Assembly (NCBI GenBank): GCA_035536275.1
Contig: DATLOL010000168.1
Location: 19,179 to 83,178 of the forward strand
DNA length: 64,000 nucleotides
From: Thermoanaerobaculia bacterium
GTDB taxonomy: Bacteria > Acidobacteriota > Thermoanaerobaculia > Gp7-AA8
Direction of reading: 5' to 3'
Shown here: one piece after another, positions 44,265 to 52,906 of the stretch
Position numbering within the stretch: the stretch's first letter is position 1
Layout of the letters: every line of letters starts with the position of its first letter
Position numbers and translations under genes: made by a program
The notes under the pieces: model-generated
What the model saw: the letters and a program-made list of their open reading frames with translations, nothing else
What the model was told of the DNA's origin: nothing
Databases searched by the model: none

Positions 44265-44682
44265 CGACGCGGGTTATGCGCCATTCGCCGTCCGTCTTCT
44301 TCCAGACGTGGACGAACTTGAACACGCCGCAGTCCTTTCCCTCGGCGCCGCTGCAGAAGCGGTGCGCGCCGATCTGCATCGCACCGTAATTGGGAATGGG
44401 ATAGACCTCCAATGATTCCGGCAGCAGCTCGCGGCGCGGACTGTTCCCGCGCGAGAAGTTCTCGCCGAGCTGTTTGACGGTCTGGTCGTAGCCGGAGAGG
44501 CCGCCCTTGTCGTGGTAGAACTCGAGCGACTTGTCGAACACTGTCCCCACGACCTTGATGTCGCGGGCGTTGAAGGCGTCGAAGAGCTTCTTGTCCATCG
44601 CCGCGATCTCCTCGCGCAGCGTGGCCGGGTTCTGAGCGAGAGCCGGAACGGCGAGCAGGAAGAGCAGCAGAACGCGTTTCAT
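44248..44682 (-). CDS. Secreted NTF2-like (SnoaL/DUF4440-like) protein
   Basis: Signal peptide ..VPALAQ. The ~125-aa alpha+beta cone pattern ends ..VW.K..G.W.I. Confidence 0.6.
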   Translation of the reverse strand: MKRVLLLFLLAVPALAQNPATLREEIAAMDKKLFDAFNARDIKVVGTVFDKSLEFYHDKGGLSGYDQTVKQLGENFSRGNSPRRELLPESLEVYPIPNYGAMQIGAHRFCSGAEGKDCGVFKFVHVWKKTDGEWRITRVVSYDN

Positions 44683-44792
44683 GACCTTCTTCTACGGACG
44701 GATCGGGGGCGAGGTTGCGATTTGTCACGAGCGGCGCCGTCGCCGTCGCCAGCGGTCATCCGCGCCAAATGCGCGCGCGTATCATCGAGAGC

Positions 44793-45818
44793 ATGAACCG
44801 GCGCGTGGTGCTGCTCGCGCTCGTGGCCTGGACGCTCATCGCGCTCTTCTTCGCCACGCAGGCGTACTTCAATCCCGCGTACGAGGAACGCCCGCGGTGG
44901 AGCGACGCCGTCACGGTGAACCTCGTCTACTACTGGCTCTGGGGTCTGGCCTCGCCGCTGGTCGCCTATCTCGTGCGGCGCTTTCCGCTGCGCAGCGTGC
45001 GCAACGCCCTCGTGCACGTCGCCGCCAGCCTCGCTCTCACGACGCTGCACCTGCTCATCGCCGAGTCGATCCTCTGGACGTTCGTCGGCTCCGTGTACCG
45101 GCAGAGCAAGCCGTTCGGGGAGAGCCTGTCCATGGCCTTCGGGGTCAACTTTCAAAGCAGCATTCCGACGTACTGGGTGATTCTGGCCGCGTACCTGGCC
45201 TGGACCTATGCGCGGAACACGTCGCGGCTGGAGACGCAGCTCGCGCACGCGCAGCTCGACGCGCTGAAGATGCAGCTCAATCCGCACTTCCTCTTCAACA
45301 CTCTGAACTCCGTCTCGTCGCTGATGTACCACGACGTCGAGGCCGCGGACGCGATGCTCACCCGCCTCTCGGACTTTCTCCGCCTCACGCTGGAGCGCCC
45401 CATCGCGACCGAGATCCCGCTGCACGAGGAGCTGGAGTTCGTGGAGCGCTATCTCGAGATCGAGCGCATCCGCTTCGAGGAACGATTGCGCGTGAACATC
45501 GACGTCGCGCCGGACACGGAGCAGGCCCTCGTCCCGGCGCTGGTGCTGCAGCCGCTGGTCGAGAATGCGATCCACCACGGCATCGCGCGGAGATCCGAGG
45601 GAGGGTCGATTCAGATCCGGGCGACGCGGGACAACGGCATGCTCCGGCTGTTGGTCACCGACGACGTCTCCTGCGCGGAGAGCGTTCGCGAGCGGGTCGG
45701 CCTCTCCAACACCCGCGCGCGCCTCAACGCGCTGTACGGCGCGCGGCACCAGTTCGAGTACGGGCCGACCGCGGACGGCTTCGCCGTGGAGATTGCCATC
45801 CCATGCTCCGCACCCTGA
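44793..45818 (+). CDS. LytS/YehU-type sensor histidine kinase
   Basis: Multi-TM N-terminus, His_kinase block QLNPHFLFNTLNS and HATPase (LQPLVENAI.HG, ..V.D.. ; G.GL.N.R.RL). Confidence 0.85.
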   Translation: MNRRVVLLALVAWTLIALFFATQAYFNPAYEERPRWSDAVTVNLVYYWLWGLASPLVAYLVRRFPLRSVRNALVHVAASLALTTLHLLIAESILWTFVGSVYRQSKPFGESLSMAFGVNFQSSIPTYWVILAAYLAWTYARNTSRLETQLAHAQLDALKMQLNPHFLFNTLNSVSSLMYHDVEAADAMLTRLSDFLRLTLERPIATEIPLHEELEFVERYLEIERIRFEERLRVNIDVAPDTEQALVPALVLQPLVENAIHHGIARRSEGGSIQIRATRDNGMLRLLVTDDVSCAESVRERVGLSNTRARLNALYGARHQFEYGPTADGFAVEIAIPCSAP

Positions 45819-46495
45819 TCGTCGATGATGAGCGGCTGGCGCGGCGGAAGATCCGCACCTTCCTCGAGGCGCGGAACGACGTGACCGTGGCCGGCGAGGC
45901 GGCGAACGTCGAGGAGGCCATCGCCATCGTGGAGCGGGAGCGTCCCGATCTGGTCCTGCTCGACATCGCCATGCCCGGCGGCGACGGCTTCGACGTCGTC
46001 CGCGCGCTGCCGTCGAATCACCATCCCGCGGTCGTGTTCATCACCGCGCACGGCGACTACGCGATCCGCGCCTTCGAGGTCGCGGCCGTCGACTATCTCC
46101 TCAAGCCGTTCGACCGGGTCCGCTTCAACGCGGCCATCGACCGGGCCAAGAAGAGCGCGCCGCGCGATCTCCGGGCCGCCTTCTTTCCGGTCAAGAAACG
46201 CGACCGCACGATCCTCGTCGCCGTGCGCGACGTCGACTGGATCGAGGCCGAAGGAAAGTACGTGCGCCTGCACGTGCGCGACAGCTCGTATCTCGTGCGC
46301 GACGCCATCGCCGCCGTGGAAGAGCGCCTCGACGGCAAGCAGTTCGTGCGCATCCACCGCAGCACGATCGTGAACCTGCGGCGCGTGACCGAGATTCGCG
46401 ACGACTCTCTGGTCGTGCTGCAGGACGGCACGCAGTTGACGATGAGTCGGAGGTTCCGGACGCGCGTTCGCGAGGCAACGGGCTTAAATTTGTAG
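45803..46495 (+). CDS. LytTR-family response regulator
   Basis: REC (LIVDDE..AR, LDI.MPG..G) plus a C-terminal LytTR domain (..I.AEGKYV.LH........R..I........F.RIHRS.IVN). It overlaps the HK 3' end by 16 nt. Confidence 0.9.
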   Translation: MLRTLIVDDERLARRKIRTFLEARNDVTVAGEAANVEEAIAIVERERPDLVLLDIAMPGGDGFDVVRALPSNHHPAVVFITAHGDYAIRAFEVAAVDYLLKPFDRVRFNAAIDRAKKSAPRDLRAAFFPVKKRDRTILVAVRDVDWIEAEGKYVRLHVRDSSYLVRDAIAAVEERLDGKQFVRIHRSTIVNLRRVTEIRDDSLVVLQDGTQLTMSRRFRTRVREATGLNL

Positions 46496-46497
46496 GT

Positions 46498-47241
46498 ATG
46501 TGGTCGCCAGAGCAGTACTCGCGATTCGCGAAGGAGCGCAAACAGCCCTTCCTCGACCTTCTCTCCCTCGTCGAGCGCCGCCCGCGCATGCGCGCGGTCG
46601 ATCTCGGCTGCGGCACCGGCGAGCTGACCCGGGAGCTGCACGAGACCCTCGGCGCGGAGGAGACGGTCGGCATCGACGACTCCGAGACCATGCTCCTCAA
46701 GGCCGGACACTTCGACGGCGAGATGCTGCGCTTCGAAAAGGGGAGCATCGAGGCCTTCGTCAGCGACCGCCCGTACGACCTGATCTTCTCCAACGCCGCG
46801 CTGCACTGGATCCCCGATCACGAGCAGCTCATTACCAGTCTGACCAATGTCCTCTCCACGCGCGGACAGCTGGCCGTGCAGATGCCGGCCAACGACAGTC
46901 ATCCGTCGCACGCCGTGGCGGCCGAGGTCGGGCGCGACTTCGGCCTCGCGCCGCGGCCGGATCACGTCCTGCCGGTCGAGCGTTACGCGGAGCTGCTCCA
47001 TCGACTGGGGTACGAGCGCCAGCACGTCCGGATGCAGGTCTACGGTCACGTGTTGCCGTCAGCGGACGACGTCGTCGAGTGGGTGCGCGGCGCGCTGCTC
47101 ACGCACTATCAGGCCCAGCTCGACCCGGACCGCTTCGACGAATTTCTCGCCGCGTACCGGGCGCGCCTCCGCGACGCGATCGGCAGCGACCGTGCCTTCT
47201 TCTACACGTACAAGCGAATCCTGATGTGGGGAACGTTCTAG
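46498..47241 (+). CDS. tam: Trans-aconitate 2-methyltransferase-like SAM-dependent methyltransferase
   Basis: W.P.QY..F..ER..PF.DLL and the SAM motif I VDLGCGTGELT ... D.SE.ML. Confidence 0.8.
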   Translation: MWSPEQYSRFAKERKQPFLDLLSLVERRPRMRAVDLGCGTGELTRELHETLGAEETVGIDDSETMLLKAGHFDGEMLRFEKGSIEAFVSDRPYDLIFSNAALHWIPDHEQLITSLTNVLSTRGQLAVQMPANDSHPSHAVAAEVGRDFGLAPRPDHVLPVERYAELLHRLGYERQHVRMQVYGHVLPSADDVVEWVRGALLTHYQAQLDPDRFDEFLAAYRARLRDAIGSDRAFFYTYKRILMWGTF

Positions 47242-47255
47242 CGCGCTTCGCGCAC

Positions 47256-47362
47256 GTTGTTGGTTGCTGGTTTTCCACCCGGGCCGCCCACCCGTTGCTT
47301 CTCAGGCCCTGCATGAATGAGCAACGGGTGCGCGGGCGGTCGGAAAACCAGCAACCAGCAAC
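47256..47362. repeat. Palindromic element, family B (subtype shared with 10643-10747)
   Basis: gttgttggttgctggttttccacccgggccgcccacccgttgct ... agcaacgggtgcgcgggcggtcggaaaaccagcaaccagcaac. Confidence 0.85.
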
Positions 47363-47392
47363 CGCGCGACGCGCAAGCGGCGCGCATAGGTC

Positions 47393-47863
47393 CTATTCCT
47401 CGGCCATGATCGTGTGCAGCGCGAGCATGGCCGTCATCGACGCCAGCGCGAACACGACCGCGAAGAACGACATCGACAGCGACTGCCCACTGGCCACGTT
47501 CTGAAAGAGCCCGGTGGGCGTGAAGCCGCGGAGCCAGATGGCGATCGCGTCCCACTTCCACGTCAGCAGCGCGGCCCAGCCGCCGGCGACGACCAGATAG
47601 GCGATCAACTGCACGACCGTGATCGGGCGGGCCACGCGCGCCGCATCCGCGCTCGCGTGCAGGAGCTGCGCTTTGAGGTAGAGCAGTTGCGGATCGGGAA
47701 GACGGTGCTCGCGATCGCTGATCTTGGCGAAGCGAGTGATCCACGGCGCCACCGACGCTGCGGCCACGCAGTCGTCGCATTCGAGGAGGTGCGCGCGCAA
47801 GCCGTCGGACCAGCGATCCTGCTGCGCCGCGGTGAGGACGTCGTGCTCCCAGCGGCAGGTCAT
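47393..47863 (-). CDS. Anti-sigma factor (membrane-anchored, zf-HC2-like N-terminus)
   Basis: It overlaps the sigma gene stop by 4 nt. The N-terminus carries C....H.....H..C..C and the C-terminus has TM helices. Confidence 0.6.
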   Translation of the reverse strand: MTCRWEHDVLTAAQQDRWSDGLRAHLLECDDCVAAASVAPWITRFAKISDREHRLPDPQLLYLKAQLLHASADAARVARPITVVQLIAYLVVAGGWAALLTWKWDAIAIWLRGFTPTGLFQNVASGQSLSMSFFAVVFALASMTAMLALHTIMAEE

Positions 47864-48447
47864 CGGCGCACCTCCGGGGCGAGCCCTTTCCGGGTCAGGA
47901 GCTCGCCGAGGCGTTTGCGCGCGCGGAAGAGGAGCACTTTGACGCTGTTGGGCTTCACGCCGAGGGCTTCGCTGATGTCGGCGTGATCGGCTTCTTCGAC
48001 GTGGGCCAGCCAGAGCAGCGCGCGCTCGCGCGGCTTCAGCTCGGCGAAGGTCTTCATCATGTCGTGGCGCAGGACCTCGCGCGGCTCGGTCGAAGGACCG
48101 TGCTCGCGCACCTCGATCCGCTCCGCACGGGAGCGCTCGCGCTTCGTCTCGCGGAAATAATCGAGGGCGAGGTTCGTGGCCGTGCGGAACAGCCAGCGCC
48201 GCTGATGATCCTCCGTCGCCAGCGCGGGATTCGAGCGCAGGTAGCGGAAGAATGTCTTCTGCAGCAGATCGTCGGCCGCGGCTTCGTCGCCGGTCATGCG
48301 GAAGAGGTACGACCAGAGGCTTCCCGCCGTGCGGCGATAGAAGGCCTCGAAGCGTCCCTCGTCCATCGGCTTCGGGTTACCGGTGCGCGTTCGCGCCTCG
48401 GCCACGAGCGAAGCCGGGATCATCCCGGTGGCGGCCATGGTCGTCAT
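47860..48447 (-). CDS. ECF-type RNA polymerase sigma-70 factor
   Basis: Region 2 (F..FY.R....L..Y...M.GD...A.DL.Q.TF ; ..WLF.....A.DY.R) and region 4 (L.P.ER..L.L........I.E.LG.....VK..L.RAR..L). Confidence 0.85.
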   Translation of the reverse strand: MTTMAATGMIPASLVAEARTRTGNPKPMDEGRFEAFYRRTAGSLWSYLFRMTGDEAAADDLLQKTFFRYLRSNPALATEDHQRRWLFRTATNLALDYFRETKRERSRAERIEVREHGPSTEPREVLRHDMMKTFAELKPRERALLWLAHVEEADHADISEALGVKPNSVKVLLFRARKRLGELLTRKGLAPEVRR

Positions 48448-48450
48448 GTC

Positions 48451-48906
48451 TCACGAGTTCGTGTTCTGGTTCGGTTTCAGCACGTCGCCGCCCAGTCCGG
48501 CGGAGAGTCGCCAGGTCACGAGCGTGGCCAGGAAGTAGCCGATGCCGAGGCTGAAGAGGATCGCGGCGGGAACGGCGAAGGATTCCGAGTGGAAGGCCGT
48601 CAACGCCAGGAAGGCCGCGCCGAGCGTCGTCAGCACGATCGAGCGCGTGAATCCGGACATGATCCGCTCGCGCGCCAGCACGCCCGAAACGCCCTGCACA
48701 CCGCTCACGAACTGCCGGCCGGCGGGGGACTGGAGAAAGTCGACGAGCTCCGGCGCCGAGCCGAAACGGTCGATGAGTCTGGTCTGCACTTCGGCCTGCA
48801 GCTCGGCGCGACGCTGCTTCGCGCGGGCCACGAAGTAGACGACCAGCACGACCATGATCGTCGACGTGAACATTCCGCAAATCGCCATCCACATGGGTTC
48901 CGCCAT
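48451..48906 (-). CDS. Hypothetical membrane protein, first gene of the ECF sigma operon
   Basis: GGAGG lies 6 nt upstream of the ATG (minus strand). The protein has three hydrophobic helices. Confidence 0.6.
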   Translation of the reverse strand: MAEPMWMAICGMFTSTIMVVLVVYFVARAKQRRAELQAEVQTRLIDRFGSAPELVDFLQSPAGRQFVSGVQGVSGVLARERIMSGFTRSIVLTTLGAAFLALTAFHSESFAVPAAILFSLGIGYFLATLVTWRLSAGLGGDVLKPNQNTNS

Positions 48907-49010
48907 TGACTTGCCTCCGATTCTGCTCCTACTACGAGCGCCGGGCCGCTCGGGTTAACAACGTGAAGGATTTCGCGTACACTGATCGCGGATCTCCAAC
49001 TCCATCCCTC

Positions 49011-49445
49011 ATGAATGACGACGTGATCGATCTCCGGAAGAGCGACCGCTTTGTCGTGGTCGAGCCGATCGAAGGCATCTTCGGCGCGACCCCGATCGTT
49101 CTTCTCAACGTGAGCCTGGGCGGCCTGCAGGTCCTGCACGCCGCGCCGCTGCGGATCGGCACTCGCGCGACGCTCTCGTTTCACAAAAACGGCGAGAGCG
49201 CGTCGGTCGTGGTCCTCGTCGTCTGGAGCCATCTCTCACAGACCAGCGAAGGACTGCGCTACCGGTCCGGCGTGAAGCTCGACGCCCCCGACGTCGGTTA
49301 CGCGCGCGCGCTCAACGCGTACGTACGCTTGGGCATCGTCGCGATGGACACCGACTCCCTCGAGCGCAAACGCCAGCGCGAGCAGGAGCGGGAGATGCGG
49401 CGGAAGTCGTCGCCGAAGATGCCGTTGCCGCCGCCGACCTCGTAA
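49011..49445 (+). CDS. PilZ-domain protein (candidate c-di-GMP receptor)
   Basis: RxxxR (RKSDR) and N.S..G (NVSLGG) motifs at the correct spacing. Start at MNDDVIDL. Confidence 0.7.
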   Translation: MNDDVIDLRKSDRFVVVEPIEGIFGATPIVLLNVSLGGLQVLHAAPLRIGTRATLSFHKNGESASVVVLVVWSHLSQTSEGLRYRSGVKLDAPDVGYARALNAYVRLGIVAMDTDSLERKRQREQEREMRRKSSPKMPLPPPTS

Positions 49446-49447
49446 GC

Positions 49448-49570
49448 GTGTTGTCGGTTGTCAGTTGTCGGTTATCTGGGGTGCCTCGGCTGACGGGGCA
49501 CGCCGCGCCAGAAAGTCGCGAAGACTGGCCCGAAGCCTGCGCCCCCGCAGACAACCGACAACCGACAACA
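49448..49570. repeat. Palindromic element, family A (long loop)
   Basis: gtgttgtcggttgtcagttgtcggttatctgggg ... cccccgcagacaaccgacaaccgacaac. It lies between convergent genes. Confidence 0.85.
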
Positions 49571-49574
49571 AAAG

Positions 49575-50603
49575 TCAGAATCCAATGAAATTCGGCTCCG
49601 GATGGATCTCCACGCCGAACGCCGCGCGCACGCGCTCCTGAATCATCCGCACCAGCTCCACCACTTCCTCGGCCGTGCCTCCGCCGCGATTGATCACTGC
49701 CAGCGAGTGCTTCGAGGACAGGCCGACGTTTCCGTGCACGAATCCCTTCTGGAATCCGGAGTGCTCGATGAGCCAGGCTGCGGAGAGCTTCACCTCGTCG
49801 CCGGACGGAAAGTGCGGCGCCTCCGGCGCGATGCGCGCGAAGTTCTCGTACTCCGCCTTCGGGACGATCGGGTTCATGAAGAACGAGCCGTCGCTGCGGG
49901 TGTCGGGATCGCCGGGGTCGAGCACCATGCCCTTGCGCTTGCGGATGGCGATCACCGAGTCGCGGACGCCCTGGAGGTCGTCGACGGACACGCCGCGCTG
50001 GTCGACGTACTTTTGCAGCTCCGGGTAGCGGACCGTCGCGCAGCCGCCGCGTTTCAGGCGGAACGTCACCGACAGCACGACGTAGCGCTCGCGCTCGTAG
50101 TTCTTGAAGAGGCTCGATCGATAGCCGAAGCGGCAGTCCCAGTTCGTGAACCAGATCACCTTGCCGGTCGTGCGATCGAGCGCCTCCACGCGGGCGACGG
50201 TCTCGGCCACTTCCTGGCCATACGCGCCAACGTTCTGGATCGGCGTCGCACCGGTCGATCCGGGGATGCCGGACAGGCACTCGATGCCCGCCCATCCGTG
50301 CGACACCGCGTAGGCGACGAAGTCGTCCCACGGCTCGCCCGCCGCGACCTTCACCATGGCCTGCTCGTCCTCGCTCTCGACGGTGATGCCGCGCAGGTCG
50401 AGATGGATGACCAGTCCGTCGAAGCCCGTGTCGGAGATCAGCAGGTTGCTGCCGCCGCCGAGGAGGAACACGGGACGGTCGCCGGCCCAGGCCAATGCGT
50501 CGCGGAGCTCGTCGACCGTTGTCGCCCGAAAAAAGAATCGCGCCGGACCACCAATGCCGATGGTGGTCAGCGGCGCGAGAGAAACGTTCTCCTGAAGATT
50601 CAC
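49575..50603 (-). CDS. murB: UDP-N-acetylenolpyruvoylglucosamine reductase
   Basis: L...TT..IGG.A, LGGGSNLL, AGE.WD.FV......G..G.E.LSGIPG..GA.PIQN.GAYG and GS.F.NP. Confidence 0.95.
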   Translation of the reverse strand: MNLQENVSLAPLTTIGIGGPARFFFRATTVDELRDALAWAGDRPVFLLGGGSNLLISDTGFDGLVIHLDLRGITVESEDEQAMVKVAAGEPWDDFVAYAVSHGWAGIECLSGIPGSTGATPIQNVGAYGQEVAETVARVEALDRTTGKVIWFTNWDCRFGYRSSLFKNYERERYVVLSVTFRLKRGGCATVRYPELQKYVDQRGVSVDDLQGVRDSVIAIRKRKGMVLDPGDPDTRSDGSFFMNPIVPKAEYENFARIAPEAPHFPSGDEVKLSAAWLIEHSGFQKGFVHGNVGLSSKHSLAVINRGGGTAEEVVELVRMIQERVRAAFGVEIHPEPNFIGF

Positions 50604-52189
50604 TAAACCCCGGGCATCGCCTTCTTCAACGGACGCAGGAGCACGAAGAGGACGACGGCCATGACCCAGGCCATGATCGCCAGGGTGAGGAAGAACTGGG
50701 CGTGGCTCCAGCGATCCCAGTACACGCCGATCGCGGTGAGCTTGTTGCCGATGGCCGTGGCCAGGAACCAGCCGCCCATCATCAGGCCGCGCCAGCGCAC
50801 CGGCGCGACCTTCGACACGAGCGACAGACCCATGGGGCTGAGCATCAGCTCAGCGAGCGAGATGACCGCGTAGAGCAGCAGCAGCCACCACAGCGACGCC
50901 TTGGTCGTGGGAGACGTGGTGATGCCCGTGGCCGTGTGATTGTCGAGGCGCACGAAGTCGCCCGGCGCCACGCTGCCGTTGACCGTCACCGGCCACGCTT
51001 CCTTCTCCACGGGCTTGTCGCCTTCGATGACCTCGACCTGCTGCGCAGGCACGGTGATCTTCAGGTAGTCGCGCGCTTCCTTCGCGATCTGTACGTACGT
51101 TTGAGCGCCGTCGGTCTTGATCACCTTGAACGCCGGCGCCGTGAAGCCGTTCGCCTGCGACGCGAAATACAGCACCAGCATCGACAGACCGGTCAGGGTC
51201 ATCCCGAACATCATCTTGGTCGGCGTGGAGGGCTCGAGATTACGCTTGTCGAGCCACGTCCAGAACGCGGCCAGCGGGAGCGAGAGGAGAATGATGTAGA
51301 TCGGGTTGATGGCGTTGGAGAGCACGCCGCCGGCCTCGATGAACGTCCAGCGCGTGTGATCCTCGGCCCAGAACGTCAGCGTGAGAGAGTTCTGGTGGAA
51401 GATCATCCAGAACACGATCACGATCAGGAAGACCACGATCAGCGCGACGATGCGCTTCCATTCCGGAACGGCCTGCATAGCCCGCGCGTCTTCGTTGAGC
51501 ACCGGCGGCAGGTCCGTGGATGTCGCCACCGCTTCCTGATTGCCCTTCGAGCCGTCGGCGCGCGCGAAGTCGCCCTTCCCGCGGCCACGGTCCGCGTGAC
51601 GGACGTGCTTCGTGCCGCTGATGAAGACGATCAGCGAGATGATCATGCCGATCGCGCCCATGAAGAAGGCCGGGTGGAAACCCCACTTCGGCTGCACGAA
51701 TCCGGCGACGAGCGGTGCCAGCGTCGCGCCGATGTTGATGCCCATGTAGAAGATCAGGTAGGCCTTGTCCTTGAGATGGCTGCCCTCGGGATAGAGGTTG
51801 CCGACCATCGAGGACACGTTCGGTTTGAAGAAGCCGTTCCCGATGACGAGACAGGCCAGCGCCGCGTAGACGACGCCGATCTTGCCCGGAACGGCGAGCA
51901 GCGCGTGACCCGCGATGAAGAAGCACGCGCCGACGATGATCGACTTGCGGAAGCCGAGGAACAGGTCCGCGATCAGGCCGCCGAACAGCGGCGAGGCATA
52001 GACGGCGGCGAGATACCAGGCGGAAACGGCCGTGGCTTCAGCATTCGTGAAGCCGAAGCCCTGGATGTTGTCGCGCAGATACAGCGCGAGCATGGCGTTC
52101 ACGGTGTAGAAGCTGTAGCGCTCCCACATCTCGCTCGAGAACAGGACGTACAAACCCTTCGGGTGCTTGTCTACCGCGGCTGTGGCCAT
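50603..52189 (-). CDS. Proton-dependent oligopeptide transporter (POT/PTR2 family, DtpT-like)
   Basis: ERYSFY........LYL, GG..AD...G.R..I and F.IGNG.FKPN.S..VG.LY are POT signature blocks. An extracytoplasmic insertion lies between the helix bundles. Confidence 0.9.
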   Translation of the reverse strand: MATAAVDKHPKGLYVLFSSEMWERYSFYTVNAMLALYLRDNIQGFGFTNAEATAVSAWYLAAVYASPLFGGLIADLFLGFRKSIIVGACFFIAGHALLAVPGKIGVVYAALACLVIGNGFFKPNVSSMVGNLYPEGSHLKDKAYLIFYMGINIGATLAPLVAGFVQPKWGFHPAFFMGAIGMIISLIVFISGTKHVRHADRGRGKGDFARADGSKGNQEAVATSTDLPPVLNEDARAMQAVPEWKRIVALIVVFLIVIVFWMIFHQNSLTLTFWAEDHTRWTFIEAGGVLSNAINPIYIILLSLPLAAFWTWLDKRNLEPSTPTKMMFGMTLTGLSMLVLYFASQANGFTAPAFKVIKTDGAQTYVQIAKEARDYLKITVPAQQVEVIEGDKPVEKEAWPVTVNGSVAPGDFVRLDNHTATGITTSPTTKASLWWLLLLYAVISLAELMLSPMGLSLVSKVAPVRWRGLMMGGWFLATAIGNKLTAIGVYWDRWSHAQFFLTLAIMAWVMAVVLFVLLRPLKKAMPGV

Positions 52190-52315
52190 GTCGCTCCCTC
52201 CGATTGTGCGGGCGCAAGATACAAGAATTCTGCCGAACGCGGCCAGACTAACGAGACCCCGCCGCTACAGCGTTCCCACTGTGTCACGAGCGGCCCTGAC
52301 GGCGTCACGAACGGC

Positions 52316-52828
52316 TCAGAACGATTTGAACTGCGCGTCTTCGAGTGCGTCGGCCACGAACATCCGCGACTGGCCCGAGTTGGAGTAGGCCCAGTCGTAA
52401 CTGATGCCGGTGACCATCAGCGACTCGTCGGGACAGAGCTCGCCCAGGGCGGCGCCGAGGGTCTGCACGTCGGTGCGATCGTCGCTCTGGATCACGAACG
52501 CCGACTCGAACGGCAGATCGACGACGGTGCCGAGGCGATGCAGCGCCGCGTGCAGCTCCGTGTAATCCGCACCCGGCGTGAGGCTGTGGCGCACGAGCAG
52601 GAAATCGCGCGCGTTCGTGAACTGCGCGCACGCCACGAGCAGGCGCGCGTCGCTCCCGAGCTGCGACCGCAGGTACCGCACCAGCGGCGCCGCATGCCGC
52701 CCCTCGGGCAGGAACACCTGCCAGCTCTGATCGAAATTCGCATCCGCGCCGAGGCGGCGCATCACGTGCGAGACCTCGACGGTGAGGTCTCCCTCATAAC
52801 AAATCTGGAACAGCCTGATCTCCCCCAT
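52316..52828 (-). CDS. Hypothetical protein (170 aa), possible internal duplication
   Basis: Good GC3. Start MGEIRLF at 52828. There is no signal peptide or TM helix, and no family is recognised. Confidence 0.5.
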   Translation of the reverse strand: MGEIRLFQICYEGDLTVEVSHVMRRLGADANFDQSWQVFLPEGRHAAPLVRYLRSQLGSDARLLVACAQFTNARDFLLVRHSLTPGADYTELHAALHRLGTVVDLPFESAFVIQSDDRTDVQTLGAALGELCPDESLMVTGISYDWAYSNSGQSRMFVADALEDAQFKSF

Positions 52829-52877
52829 CGCACCCTCCCGAGCCGTTCGCGTTGTGGTGGGACGGGAAAAGGATAAA

Positions 52878-52906
52878 TTGAAAATCGAAAATTGAGAATC
52901 GAAAAA
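52878..52906. repeat. AT-rich heptamer repeat TTGAAAA-TCGAAAA-TTGAGAA-TCGAAAA
   Basis: A conspicuous low-GC patch in a high-GC genome. It overlaps the TTG start of the LigD-like ORF. A related stretch, ctgaaaatcaaacaaaaaatcg, lies at 53644-53666. Confidence 0.75.

Noticed and set aside
48907-49010. Candidate ECF-type promoter (GTTAAC-17 nt-CGTAGT on the minus strand) upstream of the membrane-protein/ECF sigma/anti-sigma operon.
   Set aside because: The match to ECF -35/-10 consensus is weak and the cognate consensus for this sigma is unknown. The support is not strong enough to list it as a feature.
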